Source: Puccinia triticina (lineage: Eukaryota). Taken from it: DNA of 64,000 bases. The translations under genes were made by a program, and so were the position numbers. Shown in pieces: positions 11,265 through 24,207 of this stretch; position 1 is the first letter of the stretch, and each line of letters begins with the position of its first letter. The stretch spans positions 1,736,001 through 1,800,000 of the forward strand of contig CP110440.1 in the NCBI GenBank assembly GCA_026914245.1. The letters run 5' to 3'. Below the pieces are notes generated by a model that was given only the letters and a program-made list of their open reading frames with translations, did no database searches and was not told the DNA's origin.

Positions 11265-14077
11265 TTAAGCAATCCTGTTGTGATTTGATGAAATAAGGTC
11301 ACAGCAATTTTTTAAACAATATTTCCCTCTAGAGCTAAGTTTTTCCTCCAATATTCTAATTCCTATATCCCAAAAGAGTTGATCATGCCACCATATGGGG
11401 TTAGAGCTATTTACATTTTCAAATTGATCTTTGCACCAATAACGTATCAGCAAGAGAGATAATTCAACCATTTTGGAGTGTGATTCTGAGTCACTGAAGT
11501 AATCAATGAGCAAAAGCTGAACTTTAGTAAAATCAGAAGTACAAGGAGGCTGTGCAAGAACATCCCTATCATCTAATGCAAAATGTCCAAATATTGGCAA
11601 TCCGTTGGTGGTTTGTTTTGTGAGGATATTCATTTGGATCCATTTGATGAAGGGCTGTCCTTGGGACTCTCCTTTGAGTATGATTTTGTCCAATTCATCA
11701 CTGCTTTTCAAGGCAATGTAACATGCTTTTAAGTTGATTATCAATGTAAATAATTTGCTATAAAGATGTCTATTGTCAGGAACCTCTCCAGTATTCATCA
11801 TAATCCAGCTGAATCCTTCAACACCATTCTCTTCATTTTTCCAAAGCCATGCAAGCCCAATTGGAATATCCCCTGCCTCATTCTTTATTATCTTTCTTTG
11901 ATTGACTTTTCCAGATAAAAGATTTTGGAAATTATCTAGAATATCCTGTTCTTCCTTGTCAAATTTCACTTCCAGTCTTACCCTGAAGGATCTGGGTTTC
12001 AATTTTTTTGAAAATCCATCACTTGTCCAGAGATTCATGTCACACAGCTTTCTGAATTTGAGATATTCATTGGAATTACCATATTTGATATTTTCTGGAA
12101 TTTCAATATTTTTCTGAATTCCTTCATGCATTAAGATTTCCAACGTGTGTAACTCATCCCTCCCCCCATAACTTCTCAACTGGGTAAATAATACAGGCTC
12201 AAATTCTTCATAATAAAATTTGGTTATCAACAAAGATTTATTTACTGCTTCATTTGGATTCATCATTTTTGATTGATGCCTCAATTTTTGTGATAAGTAT
12301 TCCAGCAAAATCAACTGAATTTGTCCAAAACTCTTCTCCTTAATATCCTCCAAATTTCCAAAGATAGGAAGTTGATTTCCTCTGGGATTAAAAGCTTCTT
12401 CAAAAATAAAATCAACTATCTTGCTATGAGATTTGTACTCATCTTCAAAATTCCTTTCAGTTGGTCCAAGTTCTATCAAAATAGATGTATTGATCAGGAT
12501 GGTCCATCTAATCAATTCTTTGAACTTCCTCAATGTTTGTGTGCGGGTTCGAAATTCCTGATTGTATCTTTGGCTCTGATCTTCCTTTTTTTCCCCTTTG
12601 CTGATGGGCCTGATTGTGTACAATTTGTCTGAGCCTCTTTTAGTTATCTTCACTTGATACCTCTCTGACAAAGGGGTATCAATCAATACTCCATTTGCCT
12701 TTTTCTGATATATTTCAAAGAGTTTTTCTTGGAATTTCTTGGTGAATCCTCCCAAAAACCTATCACTAAGTTTATTTATTTTTTGAAGATTATTCTGATT
12801 TACCAGCTCACCATTGCCTTCTCTTGACAAATTTAGATCAACACCAGCCTTGATGATGCTCTCTGGGGAGAACATTTCTTGATGGGATGGATTTGCATTC
12901 TCATTTTCCATCTCATAATGGGTCATTTTGTTGGAATAAAATCTGTTGGTTTCTATTTGTAGAACTTGAGAAAAATCCTCAGAACTTTGAATTAGTCCTG
13001 AAAGAAAAGAGTCCAAAAAATTAGGAGAACATATCATAAAGTTCCTAGCAGATACCTGTTTTTTTGTGATTCCTACTCACTTTCATGATTATTGTACTCA
13101 ACCTGAGGGGGATCCTGGATTTGAAGGTGAATTTTAACAGAAGTAGAACCTGTTCCATTCAAATCTATATTTTCCACTGGTAGATCTAAAAACGATAGCC
13201 ATGCTGGATCAAAATCTCCAATTACCAATTCTGGTTCTGATAGCCAATTTGCATATGCAGCATTCTTATTTTTTTCCTGAGGGTTTGATGCCAATTTTGG
13301 TGGGAATAAAAGAGAGGATTTCCCCTTAGCTAAGCTTTCAGGGAGCACATCACCTTGAGATAGTGGTGGGACAAGAGGAATGGGTGATGGTTTTGGGGGA
13401 GGGCATGGATTGCAAGCAAATTGGCAATCAGTCAAGTGATGATTTTCAGTGTTTTGTCGCTCTGCTTCAACTTTGACAAATTGGTTAGCAATACTGCGAC
13501 CACTCCAGAGGAATACAAGCTTGGTGGGTCATTGCCCAAGAAAAATCTTTCTCTCTTACCTGCATTATGAGTTGGAAGGGACATCTGACCATGATGGCTG
13601 CTAGTGCTACTATCATTACAGGTGAAATATGACTCAAAGCTTGGCTGTGAACATGTCCCAACATGATCATGTGGTGTAGTCTTTTGTCTTTTTCCAACAT
13701 TTGAAATTGAATAAGTTTCTGGATTCCCTGCTTAAGAATAGAAGAAAATTAGAGCAGCTGAGAACAACATTTTGAGCACTAGAAAAACAAATCTTACCAT
13801 TATAGCTATGTTTGGGGTTGTACAGTTCTGACTGATGCGCTCCAACCCCTAAGAAGTCTGGTTGGAGGGTGTTCAGTTGATTTTTCATGGGGTGCTTCCC
13901 GTTGGTCAGGCTTTCTTGGTTTAACACATTGTGCCACACACCTTCTTGGCCGCAGGGAAGGCTAGATGGAAACTTATGATTTGTTGCTGAATCTGCAAGT
14001 CTTGAATAAGTGAAAGTAGCTCTGAAAGCCCAGTAACCAAGCAAAAATTGTGCAAGATGATAACAATTTGGGATCAT
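11265..14077 (-). CDS. Lineage-specific putative secreted protein, 4 exons (14077-13798, 13727-13560, 13470-13081, 12997-11265), ~856 aa
   Basis: GT-AG introns join the ORF pieces in frame (2571 nt). Signal-peptide-like N-terminus MIPNCYHLAQFLLGYWAFRATFTYS. Same exon layout as the paralog at 48406-51265. Confidence 0.8.
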
Positions 14078-17000
14078 TTTGAAATACTAGTTTGCTGCAA
14101 TAGTGAGTTCTTTGGAGTTAGTGACTCTTAGGTGCAAGCAATTTCCACAATATGAGTCAAGGAAGAAAATGAAAAGTCTCCCAGGTTTGTCTGTCAAGCA
14201 AGAATTCAAGCCCTGGCTTAGATAGATCCCAATGAATACTATTGAATTTGATGTTGGTAAGCTCCTTGTGTGGGGCTCAGCTGCCTGATTTGACACTGCA
14301 AAGTCGGGGGGCTGCAATGCTACCAGATCTTGGATTAGAGGTTGGTTTAACATATTGAGTAGACATTTTCTGGAACTCAAAATTAAAGTGTTTCAAACTG
14401 ATTGAATGGACTCCATACTACATTTTCCAGCTAGTGTACCATGCATAGAGAGAAAAGTATTAATACAGTTCAAAGAATGACATTTACTCTGTCTTGACAG
14501 ATAGGGGTATAGAACTTGATATGTTATTTGAAGGTCTTCAGCCCCACAAATATTTCCCTTTACAAGGTTTTTCCAACAGATCTCTAGTTCCCAATTGGAT
14601 TCTATTTCATTAGGCATAGCTTAATCTTCTTGCACATCCCATACCCTTATGAATGCTACCAGCACAATTAACACCATAAAACAATTTCTGTCCGTGTGTC
14701 TACTAGCAAAGAAAAAATCTCTCCTACATCTATTTCAAGTGCACTTGCCACATTACCAAGAACACTTTGACCTGAATGGCTGCAACTTGAATGTATTCTA
14801 TTGTTGGATATATTCCCCTGAATGGTGGAAACAATAGTTGATATCAATGCAGAAGCTAGCAGCTAATTTGATATATATAGGCAGAGACACAAATTGACAC
14901 ATTCATCATCAATGGTTACAGAGCTTGATTGATCATCTTTTAGTCTAGTTGGACCTCATAGACTGAGGCTTACTGGAGCAATTGTCAGAATCAGTTCTTA
15001 TCTTACCTGATGCTGTTTTGAGTTTCTATGCCAAATGAACAGTCTTGTTCTGGACTATTCTACATGCTCATTAATCCTTTGAATAAGAATCAGAAATTTT
15101 ATCATTCTCACCACCAATCTTGGAAACATTGGAGTACAGAGTTCCCAATACCTCAACCTTATACTTGCCAGCACCTTGCCAACAGCTTTGATGGAGTGGA
15201 GTGCTAAAATGCCCATGGTTTTCTCAGAAATCAAAAAGACATGAAGGTACACTATAAATAAGGCAACTGTGATTTAAAATAAATCACAAGTACTGGTACT
15301 GGATTATGATCAAAGACGAGCGTGGATCCATCGGCCTTCATACTTCCTGTGAAGTTATATTGATCCTGTTTTCAGCTAGGGGTTTACCCAATATTATAAA
15401 AGATACCAGGCCTTAAGGGCGGGTTCTGCGGCCGACGTCAAGCACTCATCAGAAAGGGACAGGGTCTTAAGTGATTTTCCGGGTCGGGACGGTGCGAAGA
15501 ATTTGAGAGTATTGGTAGGGTGGAATGGATATGTGCAAGCAGTCTGGCGAGACTCGACGAATTGAGACGTGGAGGAACCTTATCTCCTGCGCTGATAAGG
15601 TGAATGTCGTGCTAACCCAGATTACTGAGGGAAAGAGCAAGGCTCGAGAGCAGGAAAGTGAAGTTGTTGATCAGGAGTTTGATCATCGAGAGATCGATTG
15701 ACCTGAGATTAGATTATGAGCTGAAAAAGACTCCTTGGAGAGTTGAAGTTGGCGCGTCAGGGTCTCTTGCTAAGCGTTTTTGGGCATTTCACTGGAACCG
15801 ATACAAGCAATGTTGGAGTAGAGGTTGATGAACAAGGAGGGGACTGACATGTCGAAGGGACGGCCGTGCGACGGTATTTCGTTGGTTGGTCGTAGAGTGC
15901 GATTCTTAGATAGTCAGACTGGACCGTGGTCAACGGGCGTTGAAAGCGCAATGGCTGCGAGATCGAGGAGATGATGTGATGCTGGCGGAGGGGGAGACAG
16001 ATCGGTTGAGACGGGCTGGAATGTACAAACGCGAATGTGGCCAGCCAGGCTTGGGGTTCTTCGACTAGACTGGCGGGGTGAAGTTGGCGACAACGCTGGA
16101 TTCTGTATCATGGGTCAGGGTTGATAAGGGGAATCAAAAGTTGGGTTGAGGGTAACCAAGGCGGACCAGGTTGGACGACTTGATACAAGTCCCTGCAGGC
16201 CTCCGGCAAGCCATCGGGCCCAATAGCTGCGAAGGGCTTTGTTCAAGAATACCTGCCGAGTTCATAGGGAACAGTGAATATACAGAAAGGATATATTAGA
16301 CTGCTGTGTGCTTTCCATACTCACTTTTGTCACTTGTTTATTGGGCAAATTGGCTACCCGGGATAATTTCAACGGACGTGGGCGAAATAGCGTTACTTTG
16401 CTTTGCTTTCCTTGACGGTCACTTTTCTCAAGTGTTGTGCCTCGGAGTCCCGCGACGGAGGAATTTGATGATGTGCAATTATCTCTCGTGCATGTTAGTT
16501 GGGCGGAGTCTCAGTACTTCATCGGTCAAGTGATAGGGGTCGCCCTATTAGATAAAAAAAAGAACACATATTAGCTCGACCCAATATCATTTGGGCGGGT
16601 CAGGAGGACTAGAAAGAATGATTGGACACACGTGAAAGAGCTTGATAAGTTTTCATGAGGAGTCCAAAAGAGCAAGGTCAATGGTTGGTGCTCAGCCCAT
16701 AGCTGTACAGCCTATACGGCCACTTGAACATCGGGTAAGCTAATTTGTGTTTCCCAAGTAACGGCGAAAGTCGAGGGTCAGGGGAGCAACTGCTTGGACC
16801 AAACGTTTGCGGCGACCACACCTCGTGAGTGGAATTGGCCCTGGGGCCGACTGGGGCGTATGAACGTTGCAGTAACAATTCGTCTTGGAGCTGAGATATT
16901 TTCTCGATCAGTCAACTGTTCTATGATCTCAGAGCATTTCTGGGTAGTATGTACTCAACATCCCAAGTGTGACTGTAGGACGATATGAATTGACCTTGAG

Positions 17001-17081
17001 CCTCCGCCAGTTGTTTCAACTGCTTTGGCGATTATCTTGGTGTCCACTGGATATTCTGTTTGGAGGTGAATGGTTGATTTA

Positions 17082-17238
17082 TGGTATTCAAAATTGCATA
17101 TGCCACTGTTTACATAAAATCATAAAGCCCATTTTGGCTGGGAGATGTCAGCGTGCATAAAACTCAGAGTGACATCTCCCAGCCAAAATTGCAGTTTATG
17201 ATTTTATGTAAAAAAATCTTATGCAATTTTGAATACCA
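17082..17238. mobile_element. Foldback MITE, Tc1/mariner-like
   Basis: Near-perfect ~160-bp palindrome TA|TGGTATTCAAAATTGCATA...TATGCAATTTTGAATACCA|TA. Confidence 0.75.
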
Positions 17239-17278
17239 TAATTGTGATTGTTTGTATTTGTGAGCCGGGCTCAGGTGT

Positions 17279-17355
17279 CTTATTTGGAGAGCGTCCCTTC
17301 GGGCCGCGGGGTCGGGCCCCCCCGACCCTCCGATCGAGAGGCTTAGTTAAGCTTG
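17279..17355. mobile_element. 77-bp mini element with a MULE-type end
   Basis: Flanked by 9-bp direct repeat CTCAGGTGT. Right end GAGGCTTAGTTAAG resembles the MULE TIRs at 34828 and 42741. Confidence 0.5.
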
Positions 17356-18383
17356 CTCAGGTGTGTTGCTGCGCTTAATGTTGCCTCACAGCTGCGCAAT
17401 CCGCTGCGCTTTGGTGTCCCGAGTCCCGACACCCCGCGGTTACCGGGACAGCTGCTCTTGTCTTGCATCTCATACAGCTATATCAGAAAAGCTCGTGTAA
17501 CTAAGGCCCCATTTATAAACAAATATTTGAGTTTTATTTTGAAAGTATTCAAAAACAATTTTGAAACAAAAACAAAATCAAAATGAACGATTTTTGATTT
17601 CAAAAATCTCTTGGGCAAGCTTCAAACAACAGGGTGCACATATAAACATTTGTGCATCCCTGACCGAGTAGCCTGCCGGAGTGGGTAGGTAGGGGCAAGA
17701 TATCTGTGACACGGGCCAGGACAGCTGGAATACAGCTCCAGGACCGGAACTTGAACCGGATGCTCCGCTGGCCCAGGAGGTTTCCTTGTGTGAGTACAAT
17801 GTTCCTTGCTTGCCAAAGACCTCAGCAAGCAGGTCAGACTATGTACTGGCACCAGTTTGGACCGGTAGGTTTGACAAGTCCTCGGAGCGGCCTGTGCAAG
17901 CAGTTCTTGGACATGACCATCACCAATCGGCCCATCTGCTTGGACAGGCAAGTCCAACCTCTTGTTGGACCGCCATATCCCAGAACTAGGTTGGCTAGAG
18001 GAGTTGTTGGACATGCCGGTCCAAGAATTGGTGGTATGTATATATAATGTACCCATTTGCAACCTCTGCCAACCCAGTACAGAAATTTGAATGGGGAGTA
18101 GTGGCCTGGCCTACCTTAACTAAGTCCCTCTCTATGTGGAGGGGGGACACCGTCCTGCAGGGACCCTCCAAAGGAGGGAATTATGCGCTATGTTAACCTT
18201 GTGGCCGAGAGAATTTCAGAAATGCTGTTTTTTGATGTTTTGTAGCAGCACCAATTCTCATTGGGTGATTAGGTGTTGGGGGAACAAGAGATGCAGAAGA
18301 CCATGGAGAATCTTCCTAAACATTTTTCAAATTTTTTGAAGCCTTGAGTGGCACTCAAATTACTTTCTTATGACCACCATCAT

Positions 18384-18599
18384 CACTGTCAGCATATTTG
18401 ACTGGGATGAAGTCAACCCAGTTTAACTGGGATGCACTCAACCAATTTAAAATGAGTTGATCTCATCCGATGAAATATAAAACCAAGGGGGGTACCTTGG
18501 ATTTATATTTCATCAGGTGAGATCAACCAAGTTTAAATTGGTTGAGTGCATCCCACTTTAACTGGGATAACCTCAACCCAGCCAATTATGCTGGTAGTG
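18384..18599. mobile_element. CACTA-type foldback MITE
   Basis: 216-bp palindrome with CACTG...TAGTG ends and 3-bp TSD CAT. Confidence 0.75.
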
Positions 18600-18829
18600 C
18601 ATGTCTACTTCATCCTTCATTACACATCTTGCACTGTACAGGATCCTAGAGATGGCATATGGCACCCGGGTACCTGTGGCGGGTGCGGGTATGTACCCCC
18701 CTGTTTTTTCACAAATTCCTCACACCCGCACCCGCACCCGGCACCCGCCATGAGAGGTACCTGGGTGCAGAGGGGGAGTTACCCGGGTGCCAGGCACAGG
18801 TACCCGGGTATCACCTTTGGTGGCTGGCT

Positions 18830-19414
18830 GAGAGGTGTTGTAGTGCCTTCAATGACCGGCTGACCGGTCATTGAGAGATTTTATCCTCCTCGATGGCTGG
18901 CTGATTGGTCATCAAGAGCCTTTATCCTTTTTGATGACCGGTCAGCCGGTCATCAAGAGGTTGTATCCCTTTCGATGACCAGTCAGCCGGTCATTGAGAG
19001 TGTAGCCTCTTCGATGACCGGTCAGCCGGTCATTGAGAGTGTAGCCTCTTCGATGACCGGTCAGCCGGTCATCGAGAGTGTAGCCTCCTCAATGACCGGC
19101 CAACCGGTCATCAAGATTGTAGCCTCCTCAATGACCGGCCGACCGGTCATTGAGAGGTTGGAGGCTCTTTGATGATCGGCTGAACGTTCATCAAGAGCTT
19201 TTATCCTGTTTAATGACCTCAGCCGGCCATTGAGAGGTTGTATCCCTTTCGATGACCGGTCAGCCGGTCATCGAGAGGTTGTAGGCTCTTCAATGACCGG
19301 CTGAACGGTCATTGAGAGGTTTTATCCTCCTCAATGGCCGGCTGACCGGTCAGCCGGTCATCAAGAGTGTAGACTCTTCGATGACCGGCTGACCGGTCAT
19401 CGAGAGGTTGTAGG
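18830..19414. repeat. ~39-41-bp palindromic minisatellite (GATGACCGG...CCGGTCATC core) inside the hAT element
   Basis: More than a dozen tandem units; the array resumes at 34303-34405 after the Copia insertion. Confidence 0.9.
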
Positions 19415-19809
19415 TGTTGTAACCCTAAACCTGGTTACCGATTGAATGCTCAGAAATTATACTCACCACTCATCACTCACGCTCAACAACACTCACCTGA
19501 ACAGATCAAACTGAAACACTGAACGTTGTCTAAAATACTCAGTTATTTTCCCATTCTAGTTTTGTCTCTCAACAGTCTTTGTACGATCAACATGCTCATT
19601 TCCTATTTCCTTTATCTCTCACTCTGACCGCCTCCAACCTCTTGTATATAAATAGTGCTCTGTTTGTACCTGTTTGTTTCTCAGGCTTATCGAAATTTAA
19701 GACCATTTACATACACTTCGACAGTCACTGACTCCGCGAGTCACACTCCCTTTCAGTACCGCGTACTCCCTTACATCCAAGCACCTCGTGCCTATCTGCC
19801 CTCGCTAGA

Positions 19810-19821
19810 GGTTATGAGCCC
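19810..19821 (+). promoter_or_regulatory. Copia PBS complementary to the anticodon arm of initiator tRNA-Met (half-tRNA priming)
   Basis: Reverse complement GGGCTCATAACC; the same arrangement is known in Drosophila copia and yeast Ty5. Confidence 0.85.
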
Positions 19822-22601
19822 AGCTGCAATTTACAATTACAGTCTACGATTATTTTACACCATTGCTATCTTCACCTTATATTTCCTACTCAAAGATCTA
19901 TTCACCACTCTCACTGTCAGAATCGACACCATCAAGAGACAACTCAGAAACTGCAAGGAAGCCCTCGACGCCTGCATCAAACTAAACTAAATCCACATCT
20001 CACCTGCTTTTTTCGCCATGGCCAACAACGCGTTGAATCCTCTGAACCCGTTGTAGGGACTCTTGTGGGACACTAAATGTTTATTTGGTGAAAATATCCT
20101 CTGAGGGGGAAATAAATTGCTAATAGGTTGAAAGGCTATTACAACTTACGGGTGGTTTGAAAGACCTGCCCCTCTAATGGTACTATGCAAATAACTAAGA
20201 GTCTTGTAATCAATATTTATAAAGATGTGGCTGATTCCAAGATAGATCTTACTTTTGTATAGTAATCTCTATCAGACCTAGATTCCTCAAATCACTATTC
20301 TTGCAGATCTGTTACAACTTCTGATGCTGGAGGGATAATGTAATCCAGTGGGATCAATTATGTAAAATACAATTGTTGTTGATGTTGGGTTGTTGATGAG
20401 AAGGTTGGTAATGATCTCTTCCTTAAGCAATCTCTTGATAAGGCACTTTAATCAATACTAGAGCTCCTGGTTGCTACTACACTACTACTACTTGTTATAA
20501 TTGTTGTTGATGAAGTTGGTAATAATCTCTTCCTTAACAATCTCTTGATAAGGCACTTTAATTACTACTAGAGCTCCTGACTACTACTACTACTACTGAC
20601 TCAAACTTAACACTACCACTACCACTACCACTACCACTAAAATACCACTAAACTACCACTGTAACTAAACTAACCACTGTGACCAAACCTCTGTAGGCTG
20701 ATGGGGAAAAGATCTGATGAGGGGGGGAAAGAGGCCTCCTTATATATTGAAGGGTGAGGGAATTTAGCTCCAGGGGAACTCCTTGTAAGGGCTATTTTCT
20801 GCAGGGGATATCAGTTGCACAGCAAGATATGCATGTGTTGCACTGCCTGCCAAACAATTAGGTAATGGATTCTGCAGGAGGGGATATCAGTTGCACAGCA
20901 ATATATGCATGTGTTGCACTGCCTGCCAAAGAATGATGTAACTGATTCTGCAGGCAGGCTCCTTGAACACCTTATCTGCCTGCATATGCTGCACTGCATG
21001 ATATCATGTGTTGTTAGGTGACCCAAACAACCTTCCGTAACCTACCATATGCCTGCATGTCCAGCTGTTGCCTTCTTCCATCCAGAATATTGGGGGTCAA
21101 AGCCTCTCCTCCCACCTTGCTCCATCCTTCCTTCTTCCTCCTCCCTAATTAATACTTACATCCATATCCCATCATACTGAATCCTAGACCCTTATAAAGT
21201 AATATACCACCCTTATAAAGATAATATACCCTTACACAAGTAATATACCCTTATAACACTGCCTTACTTGATACACCACACCATCCTCCCTTCCATTCCT
21301 GGTTGAGACATGTGCTCCCAATACCTTCCACCTCTTCTATTGATAACATCCTTCCACCTCCCTGCCATCCTACCTAGTCATGGTCCTCCATTCCATCCCT
21401 GATCACGCCGTCCATCCTACATGATCCTAGTCTGCCGTTCCGTCCGTGCTAACACTATCCCTCATCCATCTGTCTGTATCTGTAATGAATCCATTCCTCC
21501 CATCAACACATACACTGCTTGTATTATATATAACTTCCTCCTCTTATAATGAATGATAGCTGTATCTATGCTGTCTCAATACCTCTGCAATGTGCTTTTG
21601 GCATTGTCACGCCAATGGAGCACCACATCCCCCCCCAACTTAATGCTGTCCACAGCATTCGTGACAAATGCCAAAAGAACCATATTCAATTATTCACCAA
21701 AAGAATTGTCCAACAGTCGTGATTTCCGTTCTTCCCAATCTAATATTTCGAGTCCCATTTTTGCCGTGTCCAATAGTTATTTTCCTCCTATACCAAAGCG
21801 CCAGTTGAAATAAGGTATTCTAAAATTAGTGATTCATCTCCCCTTCCTACAACTAGTCCAATTCCAAGTTCCAAATGTCTAAATTCACCACTACATCTTA
21901 ACTGTAATCCCTGTTGTTGTTCTGTGACATCCATCCATGATCCAGTATAAGACAAAAAAAAATCCCAATCCTATCTTTCTTCCTCTCCACACCAATGACA
22001 TTGTTCCAAGGAAAAAGCCAGTTTATTCCGCAAAAGGTTGTTGAAAAGCAGTATTTAATAAGATCCGGCCTATTTCATCCTTCCCTCCTGATACCTGCTC
22101 AATATGATTCTACAAATTTTTCCAGTCCTGATGCCCGCAATCGATGAACCCCGCTAATCCAAAATACTCTTATTTTGCCCTGTTGTTTTGCTATAAAATT
22201 CCAAGTCCTATTCCACCCCATCCATTTCGCCCGCTAGTATCTTCCGGTTCCAAACGTCCGTCCGTCCATTTTCCTATCCTTTGAATATCCCAATGATTGT
22301 AACCTCTAATGACTGACTACTCTTCATACTAAAAAAAATGTAACTTGTTTTCAAATTGGCCCACCCTATTCCCTCAGCTAAACAAGGGAAACTGTTTGCC
22401 TACCAAATGCTTTCCAATATATTCTATATACTAAGTCTTGAAGTATAAAAATGCTTGAATTCCTATGCCTAAAACTGTCCATAATATTCTGTGGTCCTCC
22501 AATTTTGATCTGTAATTCCATATTGCGCTTGTTGTTGAATTTCCTGTTCATAGCCGTTTGAATTTCATGCTGAGGAGCCAAGTATACGTTTACACATAGA
22601 A

Positions 22602-22870
22602 ATTTTATCTCTTGCTGAGGAGACATGAGCAGTTTTGTCTCTTGCTGAGGAGAGAGTAGGCAGATTTAACTCTTACCAAGGAGACCTAGGCAGTTTTACC
22701 TCTTGCCAAGGAGGCCTAGGCAGTTTTACCTCTTGCCAAGGAGGCATGAGCAGTTCAGTCTCTTGCTGAGGAGAGAGTAGGCAGATTTACCTCTTACCAA
22801 GGAGGCCTAGGCAGTTTTACCTCTTGCCAAGGAGGCCTAGGCAGTTTTACCTCTTGCCAAGGAGGCCTAG
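22602..22870. repeat. 30/31-bp tandem repeat, ~9 units with a 121-bp higher-order period
   Basis: Unit CTCTTGCCAAGGAGGCCTAGGCAGTTTTAC; the four-unit block 22620-22740 recurs at 22741-22861. Confidence 0.9.
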
Positions 22871-24207
22871 ATAAATGTTGAAATCCATGCTCCACTATTG
22901 CCTGTTGAGATTGGTGATGTCCTGATACATATTTCTTGCGTGCCTTCGCGCGTCGCTTCCATTATGTCTTGATTACATAATTGAAACTTGCCCCGCTGCG
23001 CCTGGTGCGCTTCCCGAAGCTAAGTCCGATTGTTACCGGACCTTGCCGGACTTGAAAACAAAGGCTCAGCCCGACTGCTTCAAGCTTGCCTGTCGATCGC
23101 CTCCCTTTCCTTGTTGGGTTCATTCAGGTTCATTCGCTGCTGGTAAGGTGTTTGTTCTCTGTTTCTCAATTTCTATCTGATTTTGCATATATAATATATT
23201 AGCTGCTGATCATCGTTCTCCTTTCATTATAGACCACACTCGCACTCATTTTTCTACTCCAATCAGCAGGATCGGTTGCTACTGCTCGCTCATGATATGC
23301 TCGTCTTCTCTTGCATGATGTGCCATTGCTGAAATGCATCTTTTCATACTTTTCCTGTCAAGACCTCAGTCCCGCTATTGATCTCGCGAATGAATCACCT
23401 CCGCGGCTATCCGCTCGCCGATCTCCTTGTTTAATAACCCACCAACTTCAATCGGCCCGACCGTTTATTATGCTTGCTAGCTTCGCTGATGGTGCAAAGC
23501 ATCCCCATCCTAATATCGCCGTTATTCTGACAAACTCGATATGCAGCTATCCAACCCGATCATTGTACGTATATCTCCATCTTCCTTGCAGCTCGCTCCC
23601 AGCCGTTCTACTCGCCAATCCTCTTACCGTTTCTTTTCTTATCCAGCTGCTTCCTTAGCCCGCGGTGCTCTCGTCGTCCCTCCGCCTACTAGCCGACACC
23701 ATCACGCCTACAATCCATTCAACCTCGCGCTCTGATCTATCTACTCGCTTCCTTAAGCTATTGCCGACCTGCCTATTTTACATGAAAAAATTGGAGCCCA
23801 ACAAAAGAAAGGATTGGACCGACATAAAAGCTAAAACTATATTCTGCTTGTACCTTTATCCTACTTATGTACCCTCATGTCAAGCAAATAGAAACAAACA
23901 TAACAATCTATGAATTGTGTATTCAACCTATCACCTTTAACATCCTCTTTCTTGCTTCTAGTTTGAAATACATGGACTGTACCAAAAAAAACCCATGAAC
24001 AAAGTGCCCACGCGAAAAACTACTCTGAAAGAAGCCAAAAATAACTGACAAAACACATAAGATAAACACCACCAAAAAATGAAACTCAAAGCACAACCAA
24101 CCTAAGGTTTCCTACTTATACATTTCTTCTAGTCAAAAGCGGACCCATCAAAAATACATTGTCTTCCACCATCTCTTTGTACATTATTGCTATTCATGGA
24201 AAAGATC

